Below, one piece after another: positions 1 through 8,960 of a DNA stretch of 64,000 bases. The position numbers were made by a program, and so were the translations under genes. Below the pieces are notes generated by a model. It was not told the origin of the DNA. It saw nothing but the letters and a program-made list of their open reading frames with translations, and did no database searches. This stretch comes from Patescibacteria group bacterium (GTDB lineage: Bacteria > Patescibacteriota > Minisyncoccia > Phycocordibacterales > PALSA-1337), in assembly GCA_040388415.1 (NCBI GenBank), contig JAZKBV010000001.1, forward strand, positions 138,369 to 202,368, given 5' to 3'. The number at the start of each line of letters is the position of its first letter. Position 1 is the stretch's first letter.

Positions 1-951
1 CCTGTCGACATAAGCTCAGGCATCGATCCTTCTGTCCGTTTTATTGGTTCTCATATCAGCGTGTTGAAGCCGGAATTAATCGGTGGTTCGATTCCTGCTC
101 CTGGTGAATATATCGTTCAGGACTGTATGAGGGCAAAAAATTTAAAAGAATTATTTAATGACGCTTCTTCTCCTCAATGGGGGTCAACTTTCACGAGCAT
201 GGGCGCGCTTGTTCCTTATGAGCGTCTAGATGAACTTGTTTCTGAAACTTTGATCTTTTTTGAAAAGATACTTAATGTTAAAAATGAAGATATCAAGATA
301 TCTGTCTCATCTCAGGATCAAGATCTCGTGTCCGCTATCGCAAAAAGCCTTTCGTCGGAATCTTTGGAAGTCGATATGCAGCCGAATTCATACTACAGGC
401 ATCAGATTGGTGTAGAGGGCATCATTGGACGTAATTTTAATCTTGCAATAAGAAATAAAGTCGGCGGAGATTTTTCTGATGTAGGAAATATTATTGTGCT
501 GGAAGATACTGAGAAAAAGCTAGGTGCAGAGTTGGCCCTTGGATCATCAGTGATGCTAAAGCAGATGTATGGTCTAGAACATGTCAATGACTGTTATCCG
601 TTAACTGGGATAGATATTGAAAATAAAACAATAAAAAGGAAATTTGAGGACTGCATTATAGTGAGCATTTCTTTGTTCAATGAAGGGTTAGAGCCAAGAG
701 CAGCAGATAATAAAGGCAGAATCTTACGCTCGTATGTGAGAGCACTAAGTTATTTTAGGTCGAAAGAGAATATGTCATTAGAAAGCCTAGCTGAAATCAT
801 GGCTCGCTTTGAGTCAAAGCGTTATCCGGATAAAAAAGACAGCATCGTTCCGAGTATCGTAGAGTATCTTCGCTCATATGAAGAAATGCTCTTGAGTGAA
901 AAGATATCAACTGCTGAGGATAAAATAATTGCAGCTGTATTAAAGAAGTGA
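1..951 (+). CDS. hypothetical protein, 5'-partial (frame open to window start)
   Basis: ORF 61..951 (296 aa, GTG at 61) has no in-frame stop back to nt 1, so the protein probably continues upstream of the window. No motif recognised. Confidence 0.45.
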   Translation, partial: PVDISSGIDPSVRFIGSHISVLKPELIGGSIPAPGEYIVQDCMRAKNLKELFNDASSPQWGSTFTSMGALVPYERLDELVSETLIFFEKILNVKNEDIKISVSSQDQDLVSAIAKSLSSESLEVDMQPNSYYRHQIGVEGIIGRNFNLAIRNKVGGDFSDVGNIIVLEDTEKKLGAELALGSSVMLKQMYGLEHVNDCYPLTGIDIENKTIKRKFEDCIIVSISLFNEGLEPRAADNKGRILRSYVRALSYFRSKENMSLESLAEIMARFESKRYPDKKDSIVPSIVEYLRSYEEMLLSEKISTAEDKIIAAVLKK

Positions 952-963
952 TAGTCTAAAAAT

Positions 964-1944
964 ATGAAGATTCCTGCAAAACTAAAAAAAGGGTCACATA
1001 TCAGAATCATCGCACCATCAAGAAGCATGGGTCTTTTAAGTCCTGAGTCGAAGACTGAAGCTGTAAAAAGGCTTGAAGAATACGGGTTTGTTTTAAGCTA
1101 CGGAAAGCATGTGAATGAAATAGATGAATTTAGTTCCTCTTCTGTCGCTTCGCGAGTCGCAGATATCCATGAAGCATTTGCTGATAAATCAGTAGATGGT
1201 ATTTTAACTGTTATTGGCGGTTATAATTCGAACCAGCTTCTCGATCATCTTGATTATGATCTATTAGCAAAAAATCCAAAAATATTTTGTGGATTTTCAG
1301 ATATAACAGCGCTTAGCAATGCTATCACCGAAAAATCAAAATTTATCACTTATACAGGGCCGCACTTTTCCAGCTGGGCAATCAAGCATGGTTTTGAATA
1401 TTCTATGGAATATTTTGCCAAGTGTTGCATGTCTAGTGAACCGTATGAGCTTTTGCCTTCAGAAGTTTGGAGCGATGATCCTTGGTTCTTGGATCAAGAG
1501 AAAAGACAGTTCGTCAACAATGAGGGCTATTGGGTCATAAATGAGGGTAATGCAACTGGAAGAACTGTAGGTTCCCATGTTCGGTGCGTAAGTGCTCTTC
1601 AAGGGACCAAGTATTGGCCGTCTTTTAAAGGTGCCATCCTTCTTATGGAGGAAGATTCTGAGGTTAATCCGCAGATTTTTGATCGATTATTGCAGTCGTT
1701 TATACAACAACCAGATTTTTCTGGCGTGAAAGGCATTTTGATCGGCCGTTTTCAGCGGGACTCAAAGATGACAAAAGAGCTTTTGACTAAAATTATATCA
1801 ACTAAGCCAGAATTAAAGGGGGTACCTGTTATTGCAAATATCAATTTTGGCCATACGCTGCCGCTCTCCACGTTGCCGATCGGCGGAGAGATTCAAATGC
1901 TTGCTGAAAAGGGTAAGGCGCAGATCATTGTGACTATGCATTGA
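964..1944 (+). CDS. S66-family serine peptidase (LD-carboxypeptidase LdcA / microcin-C immunity MccF-like)
   Basis: 326 aa. Shows the S66 hallmarks: N-terminal 'IRIIAPS', nucleophile motif 'GFSDITAL', and a C-terminal His/Glu region. Confidence 0.8.
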   Translation: MKIPAKLKKGSHIRIIAPSRSMGLLSPESKTEAVKRLEEYGFVLSYGKHVNEIDEFSSSSVASRVADIHEAFADKSVDGILTVIGGYNSNQLLDHLDYDLLAKNPKIFCGFSDITALSNAITEKSKFITYTGPHFSSWAIKHGFEYSMEYFAKCCMSSEPYELLPSEVWSDDPWFLDQEKRQFVNNEGYWVINEGNATGRTVGSHVRCVSALQGTKYWPSFKGAILLMEEDSEVNPQIFDRLLQSFIQQPDFSGVKGILIGRFQRDSKMTKELLTKIISTKPELKGVPVIANINFGHTLPLSTLPIGGEIQMLAEKGKAQIIVTMH

Positions 1945-1994
1945 TCAATAAAAAAAGTGGGTTGGATAAATCCAACCCACTTGTGCATTTTTCT

Positions 1995-3395
1995 CTAAGC
2001 CTTTAGTTTCGCATCAATATATGCACCCAACTGATCGAGACTTACGCGCTCTTGGCGCATATCGTCTCGATTCCGGATAGTGACCTGCTTTTCCGAAAGG
2101 GTATCATAGTCAACCGTGATGCAATATGGCGTCCCGATTTCGTCTTGACGACGATAGCGTTTTCCGATGTTGCCGCTGTCATCAAACTCGCAGATGTGCC
2201 GCTCACGCAAGTCCTCGTATATTTTACGGGCAACCTGCACAAGCTCTGGACGATTTCTGACAAGAGGGAAGACGGCTACTTTGACAGGTGCCATTTTGGG
2301 GGTGAATTTTAGAACGGTCCGCGTCTCACCCTCAATTTCCTCTTCGTGATAGGCTTCACACAGTATCGCCAGGAATGTTCTGCCGACGCCAACTGACGAT
2401 TCGATAATGTGAGGCGTGTAGCGTTCCGTGGTGCGCTGATCAATGTAGCTCAAATCGGTTCCCGAATGGGTTGTGTGTTGTGTCAGGTCATAATCGCCAC
2501 GGGCGTGTATGCCTTCAAGTTCACTAAAACCAAACGGGAAACGATATTCAATGTCGTATGCTTCCTTTGCGTAGAACACAAGTTTTTCATGTTTGTGCCA
2601 CTGCAAGTTTGAGCTACTGATACCGATCGTCCGATAGTATTCCCAGCGCGCCTGCCGCAGTTTTTCGTATTCGACCATCTCCTGGTCAGGGTGAGTAAAA
2701 TACTGCATTTCCATCTGCTCGAATTCTCGAGTTCTGAAAATAAACTGCCGGGCGGTGATCTCGTTGCGGAACGCTTTTCCGATCTGAGCGATCCCGAAGG
2801 GGATTTTAACCCGATTTGCTGCCAAGACGTTCTTGTAGTTCACGTAGATTCCTTGGCATGTTTCTCCGCGGAGATACACCGGGTCCTTGTTGACGTCCCC
2901 AGTGAAATTTCCAAGGTTTGACTTGACCAAGAGGTTAAATTTCTTTACTTCCGTAAAGTTATTTTTGCCACAAGTAGGGCAGACAATCTTCGCTTTATTT
3001 TCTTGAAACAAAGCGTTGATTTCAGCCACATCCATCTTTTCATCGGCGATGACGCCGATAGTGGCAAGCAAATGGTCCACACGGATGCGTCCATTGCATT
3101 CCTTGCATTCAGCAACCGGATCGGCAAAACCTTTGACGTGTCCGCTCGCTTCCCAAATGCGCGGGCTCATGAAGATGCCTGAGTCCAAGCCGACAATATT
3201 GTCCTGCAGTTGAACCATAGCTCTCCACCACTCGCGCTTTACGGCATTTGCAAGCGCGACGCCGTAATGACCGTAGTCATACACAGCGGCAAATCCGCCG
3301 TATATCTCCGAAGACGGAAAGACGAACCCGCGACGCTTGCAAAACGATACGATCTTGCTGAGTGAAGTGGCTTCATCACTGTTTTTTTGAGTCAT
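1995..3395 (-). CDS. glyQS: glycine--tRNA ligase (dimeric class II, GlyQS type)
   Basis: 466 aa with full-length similarity pattern to GlyRS. The N-terminus 'FVFPSSEIYGG' and class II motifs are present. Confidence 0.9.
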   Translation of the reverse strand: MTQKNSDEATSLSKIVSFCKRRGFVFPSSEIYGGFAAVYDYGHYGVALANAVKREWWRAMVQLQDNIVGLDSGIFMSPRIWEASGHVKGFADPVAECKECNGRIRVDHLLATIGVIADEKMDVAEINALFQENKAKIVCPTCGKNNFTEVKKFNLLVKSNLGNFTGDVNKDPVYLRGETCQGIYVNYKNVLAANRVKIPFGIAQIGKAFRNEITARQFIFRTREFEQMEMQYFTHPDQEMVEYEKLRQARWEYYRTIGISSSNLQWHKHEKLVFYAKEAYDIEYRFPFGFSELEGIHARGDYDLTQHTTHSGTDLSYIDQRTTERYTPHIIESSVGVGRTFLAILCEAYHEEEIEGETRTVLKFTPKMAPVKVAVFPLVRNRPELVQVARKIYEDLRERHICEFDDSGNIGKRYRRQDEIGTPYCITVDYDTLSEKQVTIRNRDDMRQERVSLDQLGAYIDAKLKA

Positions 3396-3495
3396 AAACT
3401 ATCCTTTCATGTTTTGTGCATATGTTGTTTTAAATGTGCTGCACTTGATTTTTAAACTATCATAATAATGGTAACTAGTCAATGTACCTCTCGCT

Positions 3496-4284
3496 CTATT
3501 TTTTCTGGCTAATCACCAAAAAAAGAAACTTACGTTTAGTAAAAAACCGTTCAAAAAATATCGTGAATATTTGTATGAATATTTTAGGTGTCTCAACAAA
3601 TAAAGGGCTGCCGAGGTTATATACCTTAGCAGTGTGAAGCCCGGATCCTAATTGTTTTGCCGCGCTTGAAAGCATGTCTTCTATATCCTTGGGTCCGTAT
3701 ATTTTTTCAGTATCGAGCCTATATCCAGGGATGTGTTTCAGTATTTTTTTAAATCGAGGGCGAGCCAACAGCTCAGCCTTTTTTATGGGGAGAGAATTGA
3801 AATTAGGGATAGCGATTCCTATGTGTCCGCCGATTTTGGTTACGCGCAGCATTTCTTTTAGAATCTGAATAACAAGTTCTTTATCGTAGTGTTCAATTGT
3901 TCCTATGTTCCAAGTCAAATCAAAATTATTATCAGGAAAAGGCATCGAGAACATGTTTCCTTCAACATACGAGACTTTTTTACAACCATGTATCGTTGCT
4001 AATTTTTCTGCCAGTCTAAGTCCTTCAGTAGAAATATCCAGCAATGTTATATTTTTATTCGACAAAGATAATAAAGTCGCTTTTCCAGACCCGCAACCAG
4101 CTTCGAGGATCGATGCATTTGCAGGTATTGATATCGAGTTTACACAATCTCTGATTTGTTCGTAATAGTATCTCCACCAATAGGAAGAAAATTTTTCAGT
4201 AGATTCTCTTGCCAGCTCTTCGGAAAATATTTTATTCCAAGTCCGTTTTTCATGCTCTAAAGCCGCCTTAATTTTTTCCTGCAT
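3496..4284 (-). CDS. class I SAM-dependent methyltransferase
   Basis: Motif I 'ILEAGCGSGKATL' with an acidic post-I 'LLDIS'. The ORF track gives 3496..4395. An internal ATG at 4284 (MQEKIKAALE) removes a 100-bp overlap with the upstream gene and leaves an 11-bp gap, so the two genes look operonic. Confidence 0.75.
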   Translation of the reverse strand: MQEKIKAALEHEKRTWNKIFSEELARESTEKFSSYWWRYYYEQIRDCVNSISIPANASILEAGCGSGKATLLSLSNKNITLLDISTEGLRLAEKLATIHGCKKVSYVEGNMFSMPFPDNNFDLTWNIGTIEHYDKELVIQILKEMLRVTKIGGHIGIAIPNFNSLPIKKAELLARPRFKKILKHIPGYRLDTEKIYGPKDIEDMLSSAAKQLGSGLHTAKVYNLGSPLFVETPKIFIQIFTIFFERFFTKRKFLFLVISQKK

Positions 4285-4294
4285 ATTAATATCG

Positions 4295-5443
4295 TTATGG
4301 TTTCGGCAGATGTTCTCCTCGTGGAATATGCACGGCTTCCCATATATACGGCAGTTTAAGCAGCCACTGAACATAGCGTTGCCATCCCAACCCAAACCCC
4401 GCCGTCGCTTTGTAGTGTTTATAGTCTCTTGTTTTTAGGTAAGGCTCGTAATCCTCAAGCGGCAGATTGAACACTCGTGCTTTTTCAGCTAGCACAGCCG
4501 GTTCGCTGATTCGTACGCCTGACCCAATGACTTCACGGTAGCCCATAAGCACGATGTCAGCATTTTCAGCGATCGATATCCCATCCGTATTTTTTTTAAG
4601 CACATTATGATAAAAGGGGATCTGCAAAATGGGAAAATCTGTAACGGCAACATTTTTACCTAGTAATTCAGTAAGCCTAATCTCCTCCCATCCGCCAAAA
4701 TGCTTAAGTGAAAATTCTTTATAGCGCTCATCTTTTGTATCCGCATAGAGTATCTCCATTGCCTCTTTGAAAGGGATGGTAGATAGATTTTTCTTCTTGA
4801 AAGCATGCTTTAGCTCGCCTATGTCATTTGAGGTTAAAAAATATTCCAAATTCTCTATATTATTTTTTAGCAAATATAAAGTGATATAGTCTAGAATCCC
4901 GTAAGCAATATCAAGATTTTCTTTAAAATCCACCTTTCCTTCAAACTCAACATGCTGGAATTCTGATAAATGCGAGTAGTCGGCTTTTTCTTTCCTGAAA
5001 GAATTATAAATAGAAAAGACTCGATCTACTTTTTTAATGAGAAGTCTTAGTTCTAGATAGAATTGCGAGCTTTCAGATAGGAATGCTTTTTTTGAATTAT
5101 TGAACCATGATATGTCTACAGGCAGGGCGTCAGTGGTGTAATCGAGCGTTTTTCCGGCATATATTTCTCCTGGAGATGAAATCATCATGGTGGTTAGCGG
5201 AAGATTGCACCACTCGGTTTGATGTTTCTTAAAATATTCAGTTACGGCATAAAATATCGCAGTATCTATTTTATGTAAGTGAAAATAGTGCTTGCTAGAA
5301 ACTATCTCATCCATTCTTTTTTCGATGAGATCCAAGTCGAATTGCTTCGAGAGAACATTCTCGATTTTTTTATAGCGCTTGTTTCCTTTATATTCGATAA
5401 TGCGCTTGCCGTCTTTTATTTTTGCAGAATATGGTCCTAACAT
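4295..5443 (-). CDS. class IIb aminoacyl-tRNA-synthetase catalytic-core paralog without anticodon-binding domain (AsnA/AS-AR/EpmA-like amino-acid ligase)
   Basis: 382 aa. Motif 1-like region starts about 50 aa from the N-terminus. Motif 2 is 'FRKEKADYSHLSEFQHVEFE'. The class IIb C-terminal block is 'VTDFP..PFY...ADIVLMGYREVIGSGVRISEP..GFGLGWQRYVQWLL...HIPRGE'. There is no N-terminal OB-fold anticodon-binding domain. Confidence 0.7.
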   Translation of the reverse strand: MLGPYSAKIKDGKRIIEYKGNKRYKKIENVLSKQFDLDLIEKRMDEIVSSKHYFHLHKIDTAIFYAVTEYFKKHQTEWCNLPLTTMMISSPGEIYAGKTLDYTTDALPVDISWFNNSKKAFLSESSQFYLELRLLIKKVDRVFSIYNSFRKEKADYSHLSEFQHVEFEGKVDFKENLDIAYGILDYITLYLLKNNIENLEYFLTSNDIGELKHAFKKKNLSTIPFKEAMEILYADTKDERYKEFSLKHFGGWEEIRLTELLGKNVAVTDFPILQIPFYHNVLKKNTDGISIAENADIVLMGYREVIGSGVRISEPAVLAEKARVFNLPLEDYEPYLKTRDYKHYKATAGFGLGWQRYVQWLLKLPYIWEAVHIPRGEHLPKP

Positions 5444-5559
5444 TGTTTGTGTGCCTATAGACTAGCACAATCTGTTTTTTATACAACAATTGGTAATATG
5501 TCAATACCGGTCATATACAACACCAATTAATATAATGCTATCATCTAGCCATATGAACT
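5444..5559. promoter_or_regulatory. divergent promoter region with two ~20-nt direct repeats
   Basis: 'TTATACAACAATTGGTAATAT' (~5478-5498) and 'CATATACAACACCAATTAATAT' (~5512-5533). The region lies between divergently oriented operons. Confidence 0.4.
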
Positions 5560-6561
5560 GTGGATCACGATACGGCATATTTTCTTAACATGTTTTCATT
5601 ATCTGAGCTAAAGAATGAGTTCTTACTCATCAAAGAATCTTCCTACGAGGGAATAAAGGGAGTTATGGTATTTGATTCAGGTATACCAGGACCATGCCTC
5701 GGCATCACCATTAATACCCACGGCAATGAACCAAGCGGTTTAGCTGCTTTGGGATATTTTCGAAAAGATGATTTGGTCAAAAGCCTCATCAGTGGACGCG
5801 TTATGTTTGTTATAAATAATATTCAAGCGTGCGAGGCCTATTTTAAAGCTCTTGAAATAGAAAATGTATCTGAAAGAGAGACTGCAAAGCTTAAGTCTCG
5901 ATTTTGTGACGTAAATATGAATCGCTTACCAACGAACACGCTTGAACTTTCCGGTGACAAGCGTTACGAGATTCTTCGTGCACAAGAGTTGAGACAAGTG
6001 TGGGAACGGTTTGATATTGCATTTGATGTGCATAGCACTAGAAGCGAATCGGAACCAATGATCATTGCGTTGGGCAATGTGCAAAGCACTTTGTATGCCG
6101 GTTTCCCCATAGGTATAATTATTCGCAATATCGAGAATGTTCAATCAGGAAAACCTGCGTCTGCATTTTATGGTAGGGCAGGTGAAACACCTGTTTTCGC
6201 TATCGAGACCGGCTCTCATGAAAAAGAAACTTCATTTCAGACGGCGATGACATGCATATCTATTCTCTTGCAAAATCTCGGCATGCTTCCGAAAACTTCA
6301 CTGCTAGTGTCAAAAACTTATAAGGAATATTTGATCGTTGATTCAATGTTTTTTCCTGATAATTCGTACGAATTAACTAAAGCATTTAATATGTTTGAAT
6401 TGTGTGAAAAAGGGCAGATCATCGCTCAAGGCAATGGTCCTGCTATCGTAGCGCCTGAGACTGGTTGCCTGTTATTTGTCCCGCCTGGGAAGAAGCCGAC
6501 AGCTCCGCTTGATGAGGAGGTATTATTTTTTTCTGCCCCACCTCGAATAATCAAGGCATAG
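5560..6561 (+). CDS. succinylglutamate desuccinylase/aspartoacylase (AstE/AspA) family zinc deacylase
   Basis: 333 aa. Has the 'INTHGNEPSG' zinc-binding signature of the AstE_AspA family. Confidence 0.75.
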   Translation: MDHDTAYFLNMFSLSELKNEFLLIKESSYEGIKGVMVFDSGIPGPCLGITINTHGNEPSGLAALGYFRKDDLVKSLISGRVMFVINNIQACEAYFKALEIENVSERETAKLKSRFCDVNMNRLPTNTLELSGDKRYEILRAQELRQVWERFDIAFDVHSTRSESEPMIIALGNVQSTLYAGFPIGIIIRNIENVQSGKPASAFYGRAGETPVFAIETGSHEKETSFQTAMTCISILLQNLGMLPKTSLLVSKTYKEYLIVDSMFFPDNSYELTKAFNMFELCEKGQIIAQGNGPAIVAPETGCLLFVPPGKKPTAPLDEEVLFFSAPPRIIKA

Positions 6562-6564
6562 TTT

Positions 6565-7275
6565 ATGGTTAAATTTTTAATTTTACAAAAATGCTATAAT
6601 ACAGCCACCATGAAACTGTATTTCCTTTCGCCGTTCATCCTTCAAAAGATCATTTGGATACCGACTCGTTTCTCACTCTTTTTCTTTGGACACTGGAAGA
6701 TATCAGGCATGGACAACCTCAAAGGCATCCCTGCGCCAGTCATATTTGCATGCAACCATACGAGCGAGATCGATCCTTTTTTTGTACCGGCGTCGCTTCC
6801 ATTTTTATCGCGATTCGCACCTACTTTTTATACGTCTCGTGAAAGCAAGTTTTATACCAACTCGGGTTGGCGCCGCTATATCTATGGGGGATTTTTCTTC
6901 AAGATGTGGGGGTCATATCCAGTGCATGTTGGCTTGAATGATTATGCAAAATCAATGACGCACCATATCGAGATCATCCGAGATGGAGGCAGTCTCTGCA
7001 TGTTTCCTGAGGGGCGCATCACTCCCGATGGGACGATTCAAGCCGCCAAGGGCGGAGTAGCATACCTCTCGCAGGCAACTGGCGCGCTCATCGTTCCTGT
7101 CCGTTTTGAAGGAGCTTTCGGCGTATCTTTGAAAGACCTTTTCTTACGTCGTCGTCACATATCGATTGTATATGGCAAACCGATGAAGCCGACTGACTAT
7201 CTTGGATCTGACCCGATGATCGATGAGCTCAAAAATTATGCCGCCGTGGTGATGGCAGAAGTGGGGAAGTTGTAA
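6565..7275 (+). CDS. plsC: lysophospholipid acyltransferase family protein (PlsC-like)
   Basis: HX4D motif 'ACNHTSEIDPF' and 'FPEGRITPDG'. The start lies 4 nt after the preceding stop, consistent with an operon. Confidence 0.8.
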   Translation: MVKFLILQKCYNTATMKLYFLSPFILQKIIWIPTRFSLFFFGHWKISGMDNLKGIPAPVIFACNHTSEIDPFFVPASLPFLSRFAPTFYTSRESKFYTNSGWRRYIYGGFFFKMWGSYPVHVGLNDYAKSMTHHIEIIRDGGSLCMFPEGRITPDGTIQAAKGGVAYLSQATGALIVPVRFEGAFGVSLKDLFLRRRHISIVYGKPMKPTDYLGSDPMIDELKNYAAVVMAEVGKL

Positions 7276-7334
7276 ACGTTTCTCGTCGCGAACGTGATAT
7301 AATTACCGCGGTTGAAAAACTAATTTCTACTTTT

Positions 7335-8954
7335 ATGATCAGTCAAGAAGCAATACAAAAAATTTTGGGCATAGGTGAACAGGTTGATGTTGACCCGAAA
7401 GATATGGCACGTACGCTCACGATTACTTTTTTTCCTGAAAAAGGCCATATATATAGCAAGAAAGTAAAAGATTTCAGCGACTTGCTCCGCCAGGCGTTGA
7501 TAGATCTGGATGTTAAAGTCATTTCTTATGATGAGTCGTTAGAAACCGTGGCGATCTCTAAGATAGCCAAAAGATTTTTCAAGATATTAGGGAATAATAT
7601 CCTGTTCGCGCTCTATGAAGCTTTGCGGATCTCGCATAATTATCATTACATCAATCTTCTTGCCCTTCAGAACCTTTTGAAGCGTCGCAGGATAAAGAAA
7701 GGAATATCAGTGGTGGCTTTAGGAGAAGGGAAAGTCTATAACCTTCCGATCGACTATACTTCGAGCTTTACCCGAAGCTCAGTCATCACTCTTCTGGATA
7801 GGCCTGCTGATGTCGATGAGACATCGGGCTTCCAGAAGCATTTTGATACAGCGATGGATTCTTTTTCGTACCATATGACACAGATCGTTATACTCGTTGA
7901 TGAAAAGAAATGGATCCTCTATAACTTCAACGCTTCACATCCAGTGTATCCGATCGACTCTCATTTCAAAGAAAATATCCTGCACGCTCTCGTACCGAAA
8001 GTCGCCGCGCCCATCCGTCCGCATCGTATGCCTGATTTTATCATTGATCAAAAGACCTTTGATCCTGAAGCGCCGGAATATGCGACTGCTGTGCAAGATT
8101 TGATAGATGGAGGAATGGCTTTCGAAGGGACTAATCTTTATCCAAAAGGAAAGAAGATGGCTGATCTGCCATTTCGAAATAAATTCTATCGTTGGATAGG
8201 CAGTATCCATCTCGACCATAGAAATGGTATGAGCTATGGTTTTTTGGCGCGACAGCTTCCAACTGAGCTTCCTGCGCTCGAGCCATATAGCCAGGCTTAT
8301 GCAAGCGAAGGCGATTATTTTATCCGCGACGGACATATATATCTCAAACTCGATCTGGCACAAGGAAAGTTTATTCTGCAGGTCCCACCGATCTGGGTTA
8401 TGACGCAGCGATCTGGTGCTGACAAGACTCATATAGACATACATAAGGACCTCCTTATGCTGGGTTTGGTGGATGGCAAGATGCGCATGCGCACACCAGA
8501 TGGACTGAAGCTCACTGCCGATTATAAGCCTTCATTCGATACTAAAGTCATCCTCGCACATGCAGTCGGCAATGCGATCACAGCTGCGATCATGAATCAT
8601 TTCCAGTCTAACGCCGAGTATGTGAAAAATGTCCGCGAAAATGGCCTTGCGATCGCGCATTGGCACGGGTATTTCCATCCGCAACATATTCCAAAAGGCT
8701 GGTATCACCATGGCTATGGCAATCCGCATGTAGCATGTTCGACGCCGCAATCAGCGATTTTTGCTTTGGATGGAAAGCTCAACACATTTGAGAAGGCCAT
8801 GAAAGAAGGCGCAGATTATCATGGCGACATCCATATAGAGCCGCATCATGGTACAAACATCGTATTTCCTTCAGTCAAGGAGCTTGGTCGGCTGCTCATG
8901 GAAAATCCTGAAGCTTCTGTTCTTGGAAATAAGTATCTTGGGTATTATAATTAA
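7335..8954 (+). CDS. hypothetical protein, 539 aa, His-rich C-terminal region
   Basis: Long ORF with no recognised family. The C-terminus reads 'HWHGYFHPQHIPKGWYHHGYGNPH...HGDIHIEPHHG'. Only a 7-nt gap separates it from the downstream histidine kinase. Confidence 0.6.
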   Translation: MISQEAIQKILGIGEQVDVDPKDMARTLTITFFPEKGHIYSKKVKDFSDLLRQALIDLDVKVISYDESLETVAISKIAKRFFKILGNNILFALYEALRISHNYHYINLLALQNLLKRRRIKKGISVVALGEGKVYNLPIDYTSSFTRSSVITLLDRPADVDETSGFQKHFDTAMDSFSYHMTQIVILVDEKKWILYNFNASHPVYPIDSHFKENILHALVPKVAAPIRPHRMPDFIIDQKTFDPEAPEYATAVQDLIDGGMAFEGTNLYPKGKKMADLPFRNKFYRWIGSIHLDHRNGMSYGFLARQLPTELPALEPYSQAYASEGDYFIRDGHIYLKLDLAQGKFILQVPPIWVMTQRSGADKTHIDIHKDLLMLGLVDGKMRMRTPDGLKLTADYKPSFDTKVILAHAVGNAITAAIMNHFQSNAEYVKNVRENGLAIAHWHGYFHPQHIPKGWYHHGYGNPHVACSTPQSAIFALDGKLNTFEKAMKEGADYHGDIHIEPHHGTNIVFPSVKELGRLLMENPEASVLGNKYLGYYN

Positions 8955-8960
8955 GCAGTC

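Noticed and set aside
2042-3213. Multiple 60-90 aa ORFs on both strands inside glyQS
   Set aside because: They lie entirely within the long, motif-supported GlyRS reading frame and show low-complexity or antisense-type composition. They are spurious.
3496-4395. Long form of the methyltransferase ORF, which overlaps the upstream gene by 100 bp
   Set aside because: The internal ATG at 4284 gives an 11-bp intergenic gap and retains all MTase motifs. The long form is probably an ORF-caller extension.
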